A stretch of 64,000 nucleotides of DNA from a virus. The notes below the pieces were generated by a model. The model saw nothing but the letters and a program-made list of their open reading frames with translations, did not search any database and was not told the origin of the DNA. Both the position numbers and the translations under genes were made by a program. Shown here piece by piece: positions 45,279-54,684 of the stretch (position 1 is the stretch's first letter; each line of letters starts with the position of its first letter). The stretch spans positions 16,040 to 80,039 of the IMG/VR virus record IMGVR_UViG_3300028590_000011. The stretch is one strand, 5' to 3'.

Positions 45279-47119
45279 TTCTTACCGTCCTTCTTGGGTG
45301 CGGGCTTCTTGGCAGCCTCGCGCTGCTTGATCTTCAACTGCTCCATCGCGCGCTGGTGCTTCTTCTGCTCAACGGCTTCCTGGAGAGTCATCTTCTCCTT
45401 CTCGCGCTTCAGGCCAGAGTCGGCGCTCCGCTCTTGGAGAGCCATCTTCTCCTTCTCGCGAGCGTGCTGCTTCTCAGCGTTGGGGTCCTCAGGCGGCGGC
45501 TGGTTCTGCATAGCCAACTGCTGCTGCTCCTTGGCCTCGTCCATCTGGCCGACCGGGTGCTGACGACGGATCAGCTCCGCGTCCATCTCATCGCTGGCCA
45601 TCTGCTGCTGCATCTCGGGCGTCGGCATGTTCTGGACCTGGTCAGCCTGCTCCGGGCTGTAGCCCTGGGCTGCCATCTCCGCACGCTGCTGGAGACCGAT
45701 GAGACCCATCTGAGAGTCAGCGAACTGCATCGCCTGCTCCTGGACGAGCATCTGCCGCTTGAACTCCTCGGACTCCGGAGTCATCTCCGGGAGGCGAGCG
45801 ATGTCGCGAACGAACTTCTCCAGCTCCGGGTCCGGGAACCACTGCATACCGGCACCAGCCGTAGCCGAGATGAAGCCAGCGAGCTGGTTCAGGTCAGGCG
45901 GGTCGATGTCGGTGGGCTCGAACTTGGGCAGTTCGTCCAGCTTCCAGCCGTTCACTGCGAACAGCTTGGGGACCAGGTGTCGATTCAAGGTGTCCGCGAT
46001 CGACTTCACGATGGCGTTCAGGGCAGCCCGGAAGATGCCCGTCTTGTCAGTGTGCAGTGAGTAGGAGCCGACCTGCTGGTGGCCCACCAGGATGAAGTCC
46101 GCGAGAACGCTCATCAGGATGCGCTGCTCGTACCGCTGGATGATCGAGTTGGTGTCGAACTGACGCGAGCCCGAGGAACTCATCAGCTCGAAGTCGAAGA
46201 GCGGCTGCTTGGTGTCCCGGTCGTACTGGACAGGGAGGACCAGGCCCTCGTTCTCGTCCCTGCGCACGCCACGGACCATCTTACGAAAGGCCTCGACCGT
46301 CTTGGCCTGGTCGGTACCAGGCTGCGCCTTCATGAACTCGGCAGGCACCTTAGCGACCGGCATACCCGCGAGGTCACGCTCGACACCGATGGCCTCGAAC
46401 TCCTCCAGGCGCTTCTTGAAGTACCAGGAGCGGTAGGCGGTGCGGAGCAGGCTGACGCCCTCCGGGTTGCCCTTGGCGATCGAGGTACGGAACAGCAGCG
46501 ACTTCTCGATCGGGATGACAGTGGTCTGGTAGACCGGGGGTGCCATCTGCACCATGGACTTGATCCCGCCCGACTCATCGAAGGACCAGCGGAGCATGGT
46601 CTCCTGCGAGCGAATGGGCATCTTGCGGATGCCGAACTTCCCATCCGTGTGCTTGGAGCGCTTCGACGGGTCCTTCTCCCAGGGTCCGACCCTCTTCTTG
46701 AAGACGATCTCGTGCCAACTCCACCCGTAGGTGAGCATGGAGAGAACCTCACCGATGAAGTCGTCCCAGGAGTGGCTCATGTCGTCCATGCAGGACTCCA
46801 GGAACTCCTTGGCAGCCTCAGCATCCTTGCCGTTCTCCGGAGGCAGGACGTTCCACTCCACCTCGCGGATCAGCTTGTCGATAGCGAACAGCAGCGACCC
46901 CACCATGGAGTCGTTGGTCGACATCTCGCGGTAGACCTTGACTGCCTTGCGACCTCGGAGTGCCGGGAGGAACTCCTCATCGATATAGCCCGCGACGCGC
47001 TTGACACCCGTGACACCCAGCTCCTGGAGCGGGCCAACGTTCTTCGGGACTTCGTCTCCGACGTTGTCGTCATAGCCACGGTCGCCCATCGGCAGGCCCT
47101 CGGGCAGTCGTGTCGTCAT
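45275..47119 (-). CDS. portal protein
   Basis: Follows TerL; YGWSWHEIV...GNPEG.SLLR.AY..WYFK...E.EAIGVERDLAG.P motif (Mu gp29/DUF935-like). Confidence 0.88.
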   Translation of the reverse strand: MTTRLPEGLPMGDRGYDDNVGDEVPKNVGPLQELGVTGVKRVAGYIDEEFLPALRGRKAVKVYREMSTNDSMVGSLLFAIDKLIREVEWNVLPPENGKDAEAAKEFLESCMDDMSHSWDDFIGEVLSMLTYGWSWHEIVFKKRVGPWEKDPSKRSKHTDGKFGIRKMPIRSQETMLRWSFDESGGIKSMVQMAPPVYQTTVIPIEKSLLFRTSIAKGNPEGVSLLRTAYRSWYFKKRLEEFEAIGVERDLAGMPVAKVPAEFMKAQPGTDQAKTVEAFRKMVRGVRRDENEGLVLPVQYDRDTKQPLFDFELMSSSGSRQFDTNSIIQRYEQRILMSVLADFILVGHQQVGSYSLHTDKTGIFRAALNAIVKSIADTLNRHLVPKLFAVNGWKLDELPKFEPTDIDPPDLNQLAGFISATAGAGMQWFPDPELEKFVRDIARLPEMTPESEEFKRQMLVQEQAMQFADSQMGLIGLQQRAEMAAQGYSPEQADQVQNMPTPEMQQQMASDEMDAELIRRQHPVGQMDEAKEQQQLAMQNQPPPEDPNAEKQHAREKEKMALQERSADSGLKREKEKMTLQEAVEQKKHQRAMEQLKIKQREAAKKPAPKKDGKK

Positions 47120-47145
47120 ACTCTCAGTCTCCCTACGTCAACCAC

Positions 47146-48648
47146 TCACACCATGAGGGTGAACTCTTGTTCTGCGGCTGCTGTCTTGTTCTGTACGCCG
47201 CCGATGTTCCAGGACGATCCGGTCCGAGACGAAGCGTGGTTCTGCTCCATCTCCTTCTCCATCCAGTTCGGCTCCTGGCTGTTCGGAAGCACCATCGGCT
47301 GGACCGCAACCGCCCGCCGAGACACCAGGTTCCAGGCTAGAGCCATCGAGCAGACTTCGTCGGGAAGGTGGAACTCCTTGCCCCGCGAGTACACGTCCTC
47401 GACCGAACAGTAGAGGTGGGCCTTGTAGTAGGAGTTGATCCGGGGCGAGACGATCTTGTTGTTCTCCACCGCCGAGATGTACTCGCTCAGCATGTTGTCG
47501 CGCTGAGCACCGGTCATCAGGAAGCCGTACGCACGGTTGTCGATGTAGTCCGCGATCACACCACCGAGACCAGTGGCATCGTGGATGCCCTCCGCGTGGT
47601 ACTTCTTCATCAGCTCGTTGTACCGCCCGATCATCACCGGGTAGGGGCGACGCCGCATCCGGAGCATGTACACCGGGCGCACTGGGAGTGAGGTCGCATC
47701 CAGCACGGTGATGACCGTGAAGTCCTGCGCCTTGGCCCAGTCAGCCGCGATGACGTACTCACGGTCCATCCGATGCTCCTCGAACAGGTACTCCTCGTAG
47801 TCCTTCTGGACCTTCTGCCACAGTGGACGGGGCTCGATGGAGAAGGTCTCCTCCACCTTGTTCGAGTCGAAGGCACGGTTGCCGATGGAAGGCTCACCGA
47901 GCTCGTACTCGACTCGCCACATCTCGGCAGGGATCTCGCGCTTCTTCTGCTCGATGAACGCTGGGTCCAGCCATCCGTCGACCGGGTTGGAGGTCTCCCG
48001 ATAGCACCAGGTGAAGATCGGCAGGTTCTCGTCCTGGAACCGCTGGTACATCGTGGCGAAGGTCTTGTCCGGGTACTGCCACGTCGAGGACATGGTGGTC
48101 TGCGCGGGGACGATCTCGCCCTGCCAGTTCTTCTGGGGCATCGGCTGACCGAGGGCGGCGTCCAGGATGTCCTGGTCCATCTCATCGATCTCATCGAGGA
48201 GTAGGAACGGCGGGTGAGGGCCACGGACGGTCTTCTGGGACGCAGTGAGCGGCCTGATCTTCGCGCCGTTCTTCAACTTGATCAGGGTCATGCTGTCGTC
48301 TTGGACGAGGTACTTGGGAGCGTGCTTGGAGTCCCAAGCATCACGCATGGTCTGGTGGATGTTGTTCGACTGGTTGAGTGAGCCACCCAGGATGTTGACA
48401 TCCGCACCCATGATGGCAGCCTTGGTCAGCCCTAGGATCGAGAGCGTCCGGCTCTTCCCAGCAAGACCACGAGAGCCATGAATAAGGATCATCGGCTCCC
48501 GGCTGAAGTACGCCGTCGCGAAGGCGTCGAAGGGCGCATCGTGGTCTGGACAGACCTTCGTGCGAGGGATCTTGTGGCCCCACAGGGCTTGCGTCAGGTA
48601 CCACAGTTCATCCTCGTTACGTGGTCCGCGCTCCAGGACAATGCTCAC
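47146..48648 (-). CDS. terL: terminase large subunit
   Basis: Walker A-like GSRGLAGKS, Walker B LLLDE, RNase H-like ADWA...DFT, DATGLG, HLPD. Confidence 0.9.
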   Translation of the reverse strand: MSIVLERGPRNEDELWYLTQALWGHKIPRTKVCPDHDAPFDAFATAYFSREPMILIHGSRGLAGKSRTLSILGLTKAAIMGADVNILGGSLNQSNNIHQTMRDAWDSKHAPKYLVQDDSMTLIKLKNGAKIRPLTASQKTVRGPHPPFLLLDEIDEMDQDILDAALGQPMPQKNWQGEIVPAQTTMSSTWQYPDKTFATMYQRFQDENLPIFTWCYRETSNPVDGWLDPAFIEQKKREIPAEMWRVEYELGEPSIGNRAFDSNKVEETFSIEPRPLWQKVQKDYEEYLFEEHRMDREYVIAADWAKAQDFTVITVLDATSLPVRPVYMLRMRRRPYPVMIGRYNELMKKYHAEGIHDATGLGGVIADYIDNRAYGFLMTGAQRDNMLSEYISAVENNKIVSPRINSYYKAHLYCSVEDVYSRGKEFHLPDEVCSMALAWNLVSRRAVAVQPMVLPNSQEPNWMEKEMEQNHASSRTGSSWNIGGVQNKTAAAEQEFTLMV

Positions 48649-48941
48649 GCTGTCTTCTTCGGTAGGAGGTCTACGAGCTTCAAGGGGCCGTCGTCCTGGA
48701 TCTTGACGATCATCGCCCCCATGGGAGAGTCCACCACGTAGAACCAGTCGACATGATGCTGATCAGTACGGGATAGCTCTACGGAGAACCGACCTTCTAC
48801 TAGATCAACCTCAGGCGCTCGTGTTGCCCAAGTGACGCCGTGTTCCACCAGAAAGAGACGGCTCGGTATGAACCGCACACGTCCAGCGATCGGATTCCGG
48901 TTCTGATCTACGAAGCGCCCTGTCACCGTCACTGACTGCAT
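48645..48941 (-). CDS. hypothetical protein resembling the N-terminus of 58564-59067
   Basis: VTVTGRFVD...P.AGRVRF.P...G.FSVEL..TD motif; GGAG RBS. Confidence 0.65.
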   Translation of the reverse strand: MQSVTVTGRFVDQNRNPIAGRVRFIPSRLFLVEHGVTWATRAPEVDLVEGRFSVELSRTDQHHVDWFYVVDSPMGAMIVKIQDDGPLKLVDLLPKKTA

Positions 48942-48956
48942 GTTGTCTCCTAATAG

Positions 48957-48987
48957 CAAAGGGGAGGAAGCTTTCACTTCCTCCCCT
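48957..48987 (-). terminator. terminator-like hairpin after the lysis genes
   Basis: aggggaggaag / cttcctcccct stem with TTT on the - strand. Confidence 0.6.
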
Positions 48988-49011
48988 CCGACTGGCCGGT
49001 CTATCTAGATA

Positions 49012-49095
49012 CTAGATCACATCCGCGACGAGCAGAATGATCAGCACAATGCCGACAACAGCAAGCGCCCAGATGATGGGGTTCCAGTCCCTCAT
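49012..49095 (-). CDS. 27-aa single-TM peptide (not in track)
   Basis: MRDWNPIIWALAVVGIVLIILLVADVI; ATGA overlap with holin; GGAGG RBS. Confidence 0.55.
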   Translation of the reverse strand: MRDWNPIIWALAVVGIVLIILLVADVI

Positions 49096-49355
49096 GGCGT
49101 CTCCTCCTCTTCGATCTCGTCGGGGTCACCCAGCTCTAGCTCTGGGGTGACGTTGACCTTGGCGGTCAGCCCGCCAGTAGCAGCGAGGAAGCCGAAGCCC
49201 GCCAGGAGGCCCTTCAGCCAGGTAGGCGTCGGAGCTTCGATGGCGAGGTAGGCAGCCTGGGTGGCACCGAGACCAGCCCCGACGATCATCAGGCCGATGT
49301 AGATCTTCGACCTCAACTTGGCCGGGATCTGCTGGAGCGCTGTACCGATGTTCAT
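49092..49355 (-). CDS. holin
   Basis: Two TM segments; adjacent to endolysin; IP.KLR..IY...TAK.N pattern. Confidence 0.7.
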   Translation of the reverse strand: MNIGTALQQIPAKLRSKIYIGLMIVGAGLGATQAAYLAIEAPTPTWLKGLLAGFGFLAATGGLTAKVNVTPELELGDPDEIEEEETP

Positions 49356-49876
49356 GACAGGATGACCGCCTTCTGTCCGGGGTTAGCCTTCAGGATGGCC
49401 CGACCGCGAGGAGTGTCCATGAGAGCGCGGGCTCGTTGCTCACACGCACCCATGGGCTTGTTGATCTCGAAGTGCATCTCATCCTTGCGGCCCCGGTACT
49501 GGCCACCCCACCGGATGGTGCCCGCAAAGAAGTGATCCACCCTCTGGATGATGAGCTTCTCCTCAGCATTGGAGAAGGTGTCCTCTCGACCAAGGACGTG
49601 TTGGGTCGCGTTGAGGTCCATAGCGGTTCCGGAACTGTGATTCGACAGAGTGTTCGAGTAACCCCGGACCGGGCGATAGGCATAGCCCCAGTCGTCCAGG
49701 ATGCCCGCGTCCACGTCCTCGATCCGGTTGTCGAACCAGAGCGCGAGATGGATCAGGAGGAACCCAGCCGAGCCGTTGCGCAGCCGGATCTTGCGGCGGT
49801 TGCCGGGGATCTTCCAAGAGACCAGCTTGGGGCTATCCGCCGCCAGCGCAGGCCAGCCGTTCTGTGAGGTGCTCAT
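49352..49876 (-). CDS. endolysin, M15-family Zn peptidase
   Basis: SQNGWP, DDWGYAYR, SNHSSGTAMD, IRWGG, DEMHFEI. Confidence 0.9.
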   Translation of the reverse strand: MSTSQNGWPALAADSPKLVSWKIPGNRRKIRLRNGSAGFLLIHLALWFDNRIEDVDAGILDDWGYAYRPVRGYSNTLSNHSSGTAMDLNATQHVLGREDTFSNAEEKLIIQRVDHFFAGTIRWGGQYRGRKDEMHFEINKPMGACEQRARALMDTPRGRAILKANPGQKAVILS

Positions 49877-49884
49877 CTTGTCTC

Positions 49885-50997
49885 CTACGGGGTCTCGTAC
49901 CAGATCACGCGCACCTCGCCACTGCGCACGCTCGTCTCAATGGACTGGACTACGGAGTAGTCCTCAACGAACACCGACGCCTTGGCCGGGTCCTTGTGAT
50001 ACAGGCCGAAGCCCTTCAAGGTGCGGTTCTCCATCGCCGTCACCATCACAGCAGGGATGTCGAACCACTTCGACTCACCCTTGCCGATGGTGCCGATCTT
50101 GGTGACGTTCTTGCGTACGGGAGCGCCAGGGATACCACCAGGGCCCGTGTACTCGTGCCAGTAGAGATAGACGTTGGCAGTGGCAGCGCCAGTGTCGTTC
50201 TCGCGCTGGATGTAGATCTGCGCCGCGCGGATGTCGGGCGTGCCCTGCTGCCCGATGATGTTGAACGAGCCACCGTACATCCAGATACCAGTCCGGGTCG
50301 GGCTGGTGCCCTGGGTGAGCTTGCCTGAAGAGAACGCGTTCGAGACCAGCGTGCCGGAGTACTGCGGCTGGAAGCGAGCGTCCTTCTTGATGGCGGTCAC
50401 CGAGTCCGTGACGCTCTTGGGAACTACGAAGGCGATGCCGTTGCCCGCTGACCAGTTCCCGTCGAGGTCCTCAGCCCAGATGGTGAAGTAGTGCGTACCA
50501 GCGGTCAGTTGAGAGGCGCGGGTCGCGTTGCGCGGCCAGGTCTTGTATCGCCACGTGCCAGTGTTCTTGTCCGGGTCAGAGCCGCCGTAGCCGTTGAAGT
50601 GCCAGTCGCTCCACGGCTCGTTCGGGTAGTTGCTCGCAGCCGCAGCTGTGTACGTGCCCCCGTACTGAGTAGTAGGAGCAGCACCGTTGTAGGTGCTCAG
50701 CACCCGGAAGCGCTTGATGTCGTTGTCATCGCCAGTCGAGGAACGCGTGCCGATCTTGAAGTACCGGCCGTAGCGCGTGACTGTCTTCCCGGAGACGACC
50801 TCGGTGTACTTGGTCTCGACCAGCTCCACTGAGATCAGCGGCGGAGGCGGCGGGGTCACGTCGTACTCGAACGACTTGGTCCACGTCCCCGAGCGCTTGA
50901 CCCAGACCTCCTTCACAGGAGTCCAGGCACCAGAGCGCTTGACGTACGGACGCGTGATCTGCGTCCATGCGCCCGCGATCTTGTAGTGGATCGTCAT
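49885..50997 (-). CDS. minor tail/virion protein
   Basis: Repeated K.SGAW motifs at N-terminus; beta-rich. Confidence 0.6.
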   Translation of the reverse strand: MTIHYKIAGAWTQITRPYVKRSGAWTPVKEVWVKRSGTWTKSFEYDVTPPPPPLISVELVETKYTEVVSGKTVTRYGRYFKIGTRSSTGDDNDIKRFRVLSTYNGAAPTTQYGGTYTAAAASNYPNEPWSDWHFNGYGGSDPDKNTGTWRYKTWPRNATRASQLTAGTHYFTIWAEDLDGNWSAGNGIAFVVPKSVTDSVTAIKKDARFQPQYSGTLVSNAFSSGKLTQGTSPTRTGIWMYGGSFNIIGQQGTPDIRAAQIYIQRENDTGAATANVYLYWHEYTGPGGIPGAPVRKNVTKIGTIGKGESKWFDIPAVMVTAMENRTLKGFGLYHKDPAKASVFVEDYSVVQSIETSVRSGEVRVIWYETP

Positions 50998-50999
50998 AC

Positions 51000-51320
51000 T
51001 CAGACCTTGAAGAACACGTCGCCGTCAGAGCCGCTGGCGTTGGAGGGCACCACGGTTCCGGACGAGAAGGTGGGCGGGGTGGCGAACGCGGTGACCCAGG
51101 CAGTGCCGTTCCACACCGTGAGCGTGTCGGTGTCCTTCAGGAAGGCGTACTGACCCTCCAGCGGAGCGGTCACCTTGGTGTTGCGGTCAGTGGCGTTGAC
51201 GTACGTCCCGACTAGCCGCTTCTCGATCGCCAGAGCCAGCGCTTGGATATCTCCGGGGATGTCCGGATCGTCAGTGGGCTCGGGGATCGGGAGGCCCTGC
51301 TGCGGTGTGGTGGTTGCCAT
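51000..51320 (-). CDS. minor tail protein
   Basis: TT...GLP.P...D..D.P...ALA; P.EG...L.DT.....WNG..W; P....G.DGD.F motifs. Confidence 0.65.
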   Translation of the reverse strand: MATTTPQQGLPIPEPTDDPDIPGDIQALALAIEKRLVGTYVNATDRNTKVTAPLEGQYAFLKDTDTLTVWNGTAWVTAFATPPTFSSGTVVPSNASGSDGDVFFKV

Positions 51321-51332
51321 GTGCCTATCCTC

Positions 51333-51953
51333 TCAGTTCTTGCGAGCAGCTTCGGGTCCGCCGCCAACCTGGATGGGGTCGCAGATCAGGTTGACATCTC
51401 CACTCGCCGTAACCGTGAAGCCACGCACGTACTGTCCACCGGGGCAGCTGTAGGTGCCAGGGTTGGCCGTACCGGCAGGTCCCTGAGGACCTTCCGGACC
51501 AGCAGGCCCCTGAGGACCTTCCGGACCAGCCGGACCTGTAGGTCCAGCCGGACCCGTAGCGCCAGTAGCGCCGGTCGCACCGACCGAGCCTTCAGTACCG
51601 ATCTGTCCCTCATCGCCCTGGGGGCCGCGCGGGCCGATAGGACCGATCGGTCCCGGAGGTCCCTCAGGCCCGACCGGACCGGGGATCGGCACCAGTTCGT
51701 TGTCAGTGTCGTTGTCCGGGTCGACCTTCTTCAGCTGCGCCAGCTGCTCGCACACAGAGACATAGCCTTGCGAGCAGAGTTGCTCCAGGGTGGCCGTAGC
51801 CGAGTCAGTCTTGGCTCGATCGACCTCTGCCTGGTTCTGTGCCGAGTTCTTCTCCGCAGTTGAATCACGCTCGGTCCACCACAGACCGATGATGGCGACC
51901 ATCGCGAGGATGACACCTACAACGCCGACTGTCTTTCCGCCGTCTGGCTTCAT
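51333..51953 (-). CDS. membrane-anchored collagen-like protein
   Basis: N-terminal TM, coiled coil, Gly-X-Y run, Cys pairs. Confidence 0.8.
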   Translation of the reverse strand: MKPDGGKTVGVVGVILAMVAIIGLWWTERDSTAEKNSAQNQAEVDRAKTDSATATLEQLCSQGYVSVCEQLAQLKKVDPDNDTDNELVPIPGPVGPEGPPGPIGPIGPRGPQGDEGQIGTEGSVGATGATGATGPAGPTGPAGPEGPQGPAGPEGPQGPAGTANPGTYSCPGGQYVRGFTVTASGDVNLICDPIQVGGGPEAARKN

Positions 51954-52399
51954 CGCATGTCCTCATATGGGCGTGGGTGAGGCCACCAGACAGTAAGAAC
52001 GATGGCTCCGATATTGAGTAGGGTCCGTGCCCCGGATACCCACGTTGCCGGAGCGTCAACCTCAGAGTAATGCTGGGAGCCGACTGCGACTAGCACAAGA
52101 GCGATGGCGATGTAGGTGAACCACAGAAGAAGGTGGATACCTCGCTCGGTGTAGTACCGGTCTCGGTCGAAGGCCATCAGCACCAGCCGGTAGAAGACGC
52201 CGATGGCGGCAACCACCGCGAGTGGATAGTTGATCTCCCGGCACCAGGCCCAGAAGGGTTCGTACTTCTCCCCGAACCCGACAGACTCCGCGATGACAAC
52301 GAGGCCCAGCGACGTGACGCTCACTACCGCTGTCACCACCGCCGCCAACATCACGTACTTGCGCTCAGCTTCAGCCATGCTCGCCTCCCAGGTGGTCAC
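51950..52399 (-). CDS. four-TM membrane protein
   Basis: Hydrophobic segments; coupled. Confidence 0.7.
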   Translation of the reverse strand: MTTWEASMAEAERKYVMLAAVVTAVVSVTSLGLVVIAESVGFGEKYEPFWAWCREINYPLAVVAAIGVFYRLVLMAFDRDRYYTERGIHLLLWFTYIAIALVLVAVGSQHYSEVDAPATWVSGARTLLNIGAIVLTVWWPHPRPYEDMR

Positions 52400-52632
52400 T
52401 TGTCACCGCCACCCTTCCGAACGATCCGGTCTGCCGCCAGGGCAGATCCGACGATTCCACCGAGCATGAGCGAGGTGCTCTGCCCGTCATAGCTCTGGTT
52501 TGCCATGTCGGCAGCGATGTGGATGAGCAGCGCAACAGCGAACACCGCGACGATGCTGGCTGTGAGCCAGGACGGTAGTCCGTCGTGATCGCGCTTCGGC
52601 GGAGGCGGGGGCGGCTTCTGGTCTTCACTCAC
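52396..52632 (-). CDS. two-TM membrane protein
   Basis: Hydrophobic segments; coupled. Confidence 0.7.
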   Translation of the reverse strand: MSEDQKPPPPPPKRDHDGLPSWLTASIVAVFAVALLIHIAADMANQSYDGQSTSLMLGGIVGSALAADRIVRKGGGDK

Positions 52633-52664
52633 CTGACCCTCTTCCCGTGTCTAGTAGGGCAGGA

Positions 52665-52829
52665 TCAGAGTCCTGTGCCGACGTAGTCGAGCTCGGACCA
52701 GTGGGACGCTCCATCTCCCACCTTTAGTTTCCCGGTGTCGATCTCGAACCCAGGTTCACCCTCCTGGAGGATGGGGTCGTCTAGAGCCCAGTCCGCTGCC
52801 ACCGCGCGCTTGAACCTGATGATCGCCAT
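52665..52829 (-). CDS. 54-aa stand-alone Mtd-N/hyaluronidase-N-like fibre anchor domain
   Basis: GGAGG RBS; I.FKR..AADW...DPIL..GEPGFE.DTGKLKVGDG...W..L.Y. Confidence 0.75.
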   Translation of the reverse strand: MAIIRFKRAVAADWALDDPILQEGEPGFEIDTGKLKVGDGASHWSELDYVGTGL

Positions 52830-52857
52830 AACTCCTCCTACACCCCATCTTCTCCCC

Positions 52858-54684
52858 TCACGCCACGCGCTCCTGGAGCTTCCTGAGGATCTCCCTGGAG
52901 TAGTGAGCGTGGTACATCTCGGTCTGGTGCACATAGTCAGACGCGAACCACTGAGTCTCACCGTTGACGATGCCAGATGCAGAGGGGTTGTAGAGGAATA
53001 CCCGACCGTCAGCGAACTCGTCGCACACGCTCTGGAGGAGAGCGTTGTACGCGTTCTGCTTGGTCAGGTTGAGCTCGGGATAGGTCGTGTAGGCATCCGT
53101 GGGCATGATGCCGAGGGTGTTGGTGACGATCCATGGAGGTGTAGTCGCCTGCACCTGGATGGAGTCGACCCGTAGGACGTGACCACTGGTTCCGGTGTGC
53201 TCGATGACGACCGTATGAGAACCAGTGGGGATGGTGACCGGGATGGTCATCTGCACGAACTTGTAGTCGTTGCCACCGCCCCATCCGGAATCGGTCATCT
53301 GGGCGTTGGTGGTGCCGGTCGTGTAGGTGACGCCATCGAGCTTCACCGTGTAGGTGGATCCCGTCGTGCCGGAGCCGAACCCGACCAACACGAAGTCCCA
53401 CGGGTACGGAGCACCGGTGGCGTTGTTCATCGTGTACGACAGGGTGCTTCCCGGCGTGGTGGTTTGCTTGTAGATACCACCGGTGGTGCCCGTCGAAGTA
53501 CCGTTCGACCAGGTCCCGCCGTAAGTGATCGAGCCATTCTGGCTGGTGATGAAGGCGCTACTGCGTAGCCTCCGGAAGATCGACCGGCAGGCGTGGACAA
53601 CACCGGCCTGGGTCTGCGACGAGTCAACCGCTGCGATGGTGTCGTTACCGATCAGGTCGGTCAGGTACAGCGCGTCAACAGCAGGCAGCGAGGCCCAGGT
53701 CACCGCTCGGGAGATCGCCATCTCCTCACCGGAGACAGCTCTGGTGGAGTAGCTGGCCGTACCGAACACAGCCGTGCAGATGTCCGCTGCCTTCGACCCC
53801 GGCATGGAGTAGTTGCGGCTGTTGGCGCTGCTCCCCATCGCGGACATGATCCGCTCGCCCCACGGGTTCTTGGTGAGGTAGCCCCAGTTGGACTCAGGCT
53901 GCTTCACGTACGCACTGGACGAGGTGGAGTAGACCACCACCGGCTTGGAGGCGAGCGTGCTGGGGATCTTGTCCGAGTACGCCCAACGCGGGCTGACCGG
54001 AGACAGCACCATCAGCACCGCTGCGTAGTGGCTGATCTGGAGGAAGGTGAAGGTGTTGTGCGCCAGCGTCGTCCCAGCAGAGTCGATGATGGAGCCGCCC
54101 CGAGGGATCTGGAGCGCGTTGTTCGCCTTCGACTCCGTCTGTCGAACCGTGTAGCCCGTGGGCGGGGTGTCCATCAGTGCAGCGTTAGCAGCAGTGGACA
54201 GAGTTGGGTAGCTGCCGACACATGCCACCACCATCGAGTCCGAAGAGCAGTAGACCGAGGAGAAGCGCGGCGGGCGGTTGTTCAGTGGCTCGTTGCCGTG
54301 CGGCTTGTGCACGATCGGCAGTGTCGCGTAGCCACCCACGTTGCGGTAGACCGATACCACCACAACCCAGGACTGGTTGGTCGTCCCGGACAAGGTGAAG
54401 GTCTTCACCGTGCTGGAGTCAGCAGCGTTGACTGTCGCCGTATAGGCGTAGAGCGTCACCGAGGTGGAGGTGGACTCGGTGGATCCGATCAGTGTGGTGC
54501 TGCCCGGTGGAGCGACCGTAGCTGTCCCATGCGCCGTCACTGAGTAGACCGCGAAGTCCCCGTTGGACAGACCAGCAGGCAGCGTGACCGTCGCGCTGGC
54601 ACCGGTGGTGCCCGAGTTCTTGGCCGAACCTACATACGAGACGGCGGTCTTGGCGCGAGCCTTGGTAGTAGCTACGGCGCTCAC
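52858..54684 (-). CDS. tail-associated protein with SGNH/GDSL-like esterase domain
   Basis: STSSS, IGND and DYVH (DxxH) blocks; N-terminal beta domain; GTG start overlaps upstream stop. Confidence 0.6.
   Translation of the reverse strand: MSAVATTKARAKTAVSYVGSAKNSGTTGASATVTLPAGLSNGDFAVYSVTAHGTATVAPPGSTTLIGSTESTSTSVTLYAYTATVNAADSSTVKTFTLSGTTNQSWVVVVSVYRNVGGYATLPIVHKPHGNEPLNNRPPRFSSVYCSSDSMVVACVGSYPTLSTAANAALMDTPPTGYTVRQTESKANNALQIPRGGSIIDSAGTTLAHNTFTFLQISHYAAVLMVLSPVSPRWAYSDKIPSTLASKPVVVYSTSSSAYVKQPESNWGYLTKNPWGERIMSAMGSSANSRNYSMPGSKAADICTAVFGTASYSTRAVSGEEMAISRAVTWASLPAVDALYLTDLIGNDTIAAVDSSQTQAGVVHACRSIFRRLRSSAFITSQNGSITYGGTWSNGTSTGTTGGIYKQTTTPGSTLSYTMNNATGAPYPWDFVLVGFGSGTTGSTYTVKLDGVTYTTGTTNAQMTDSGWGGGNDYKFVQMTIPVTIPTGSHTVVIEHTGTSGHVLRVDSIQVQATTPPWIVTNTLGIMPTDAYTTYPELNLTKQNAYNALLQSVCDEFADGRVFLYNPSASGIVNGETQWFASDYVHQTEMYHAHYSREILRKLQERVA

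Noticed and set aside
48645-48941. Small terminase subunit upstream of TerL
   Set aside because: Sequence is beta-rich and resembles the tail adaptor at 58564-59067, not a helical TerS
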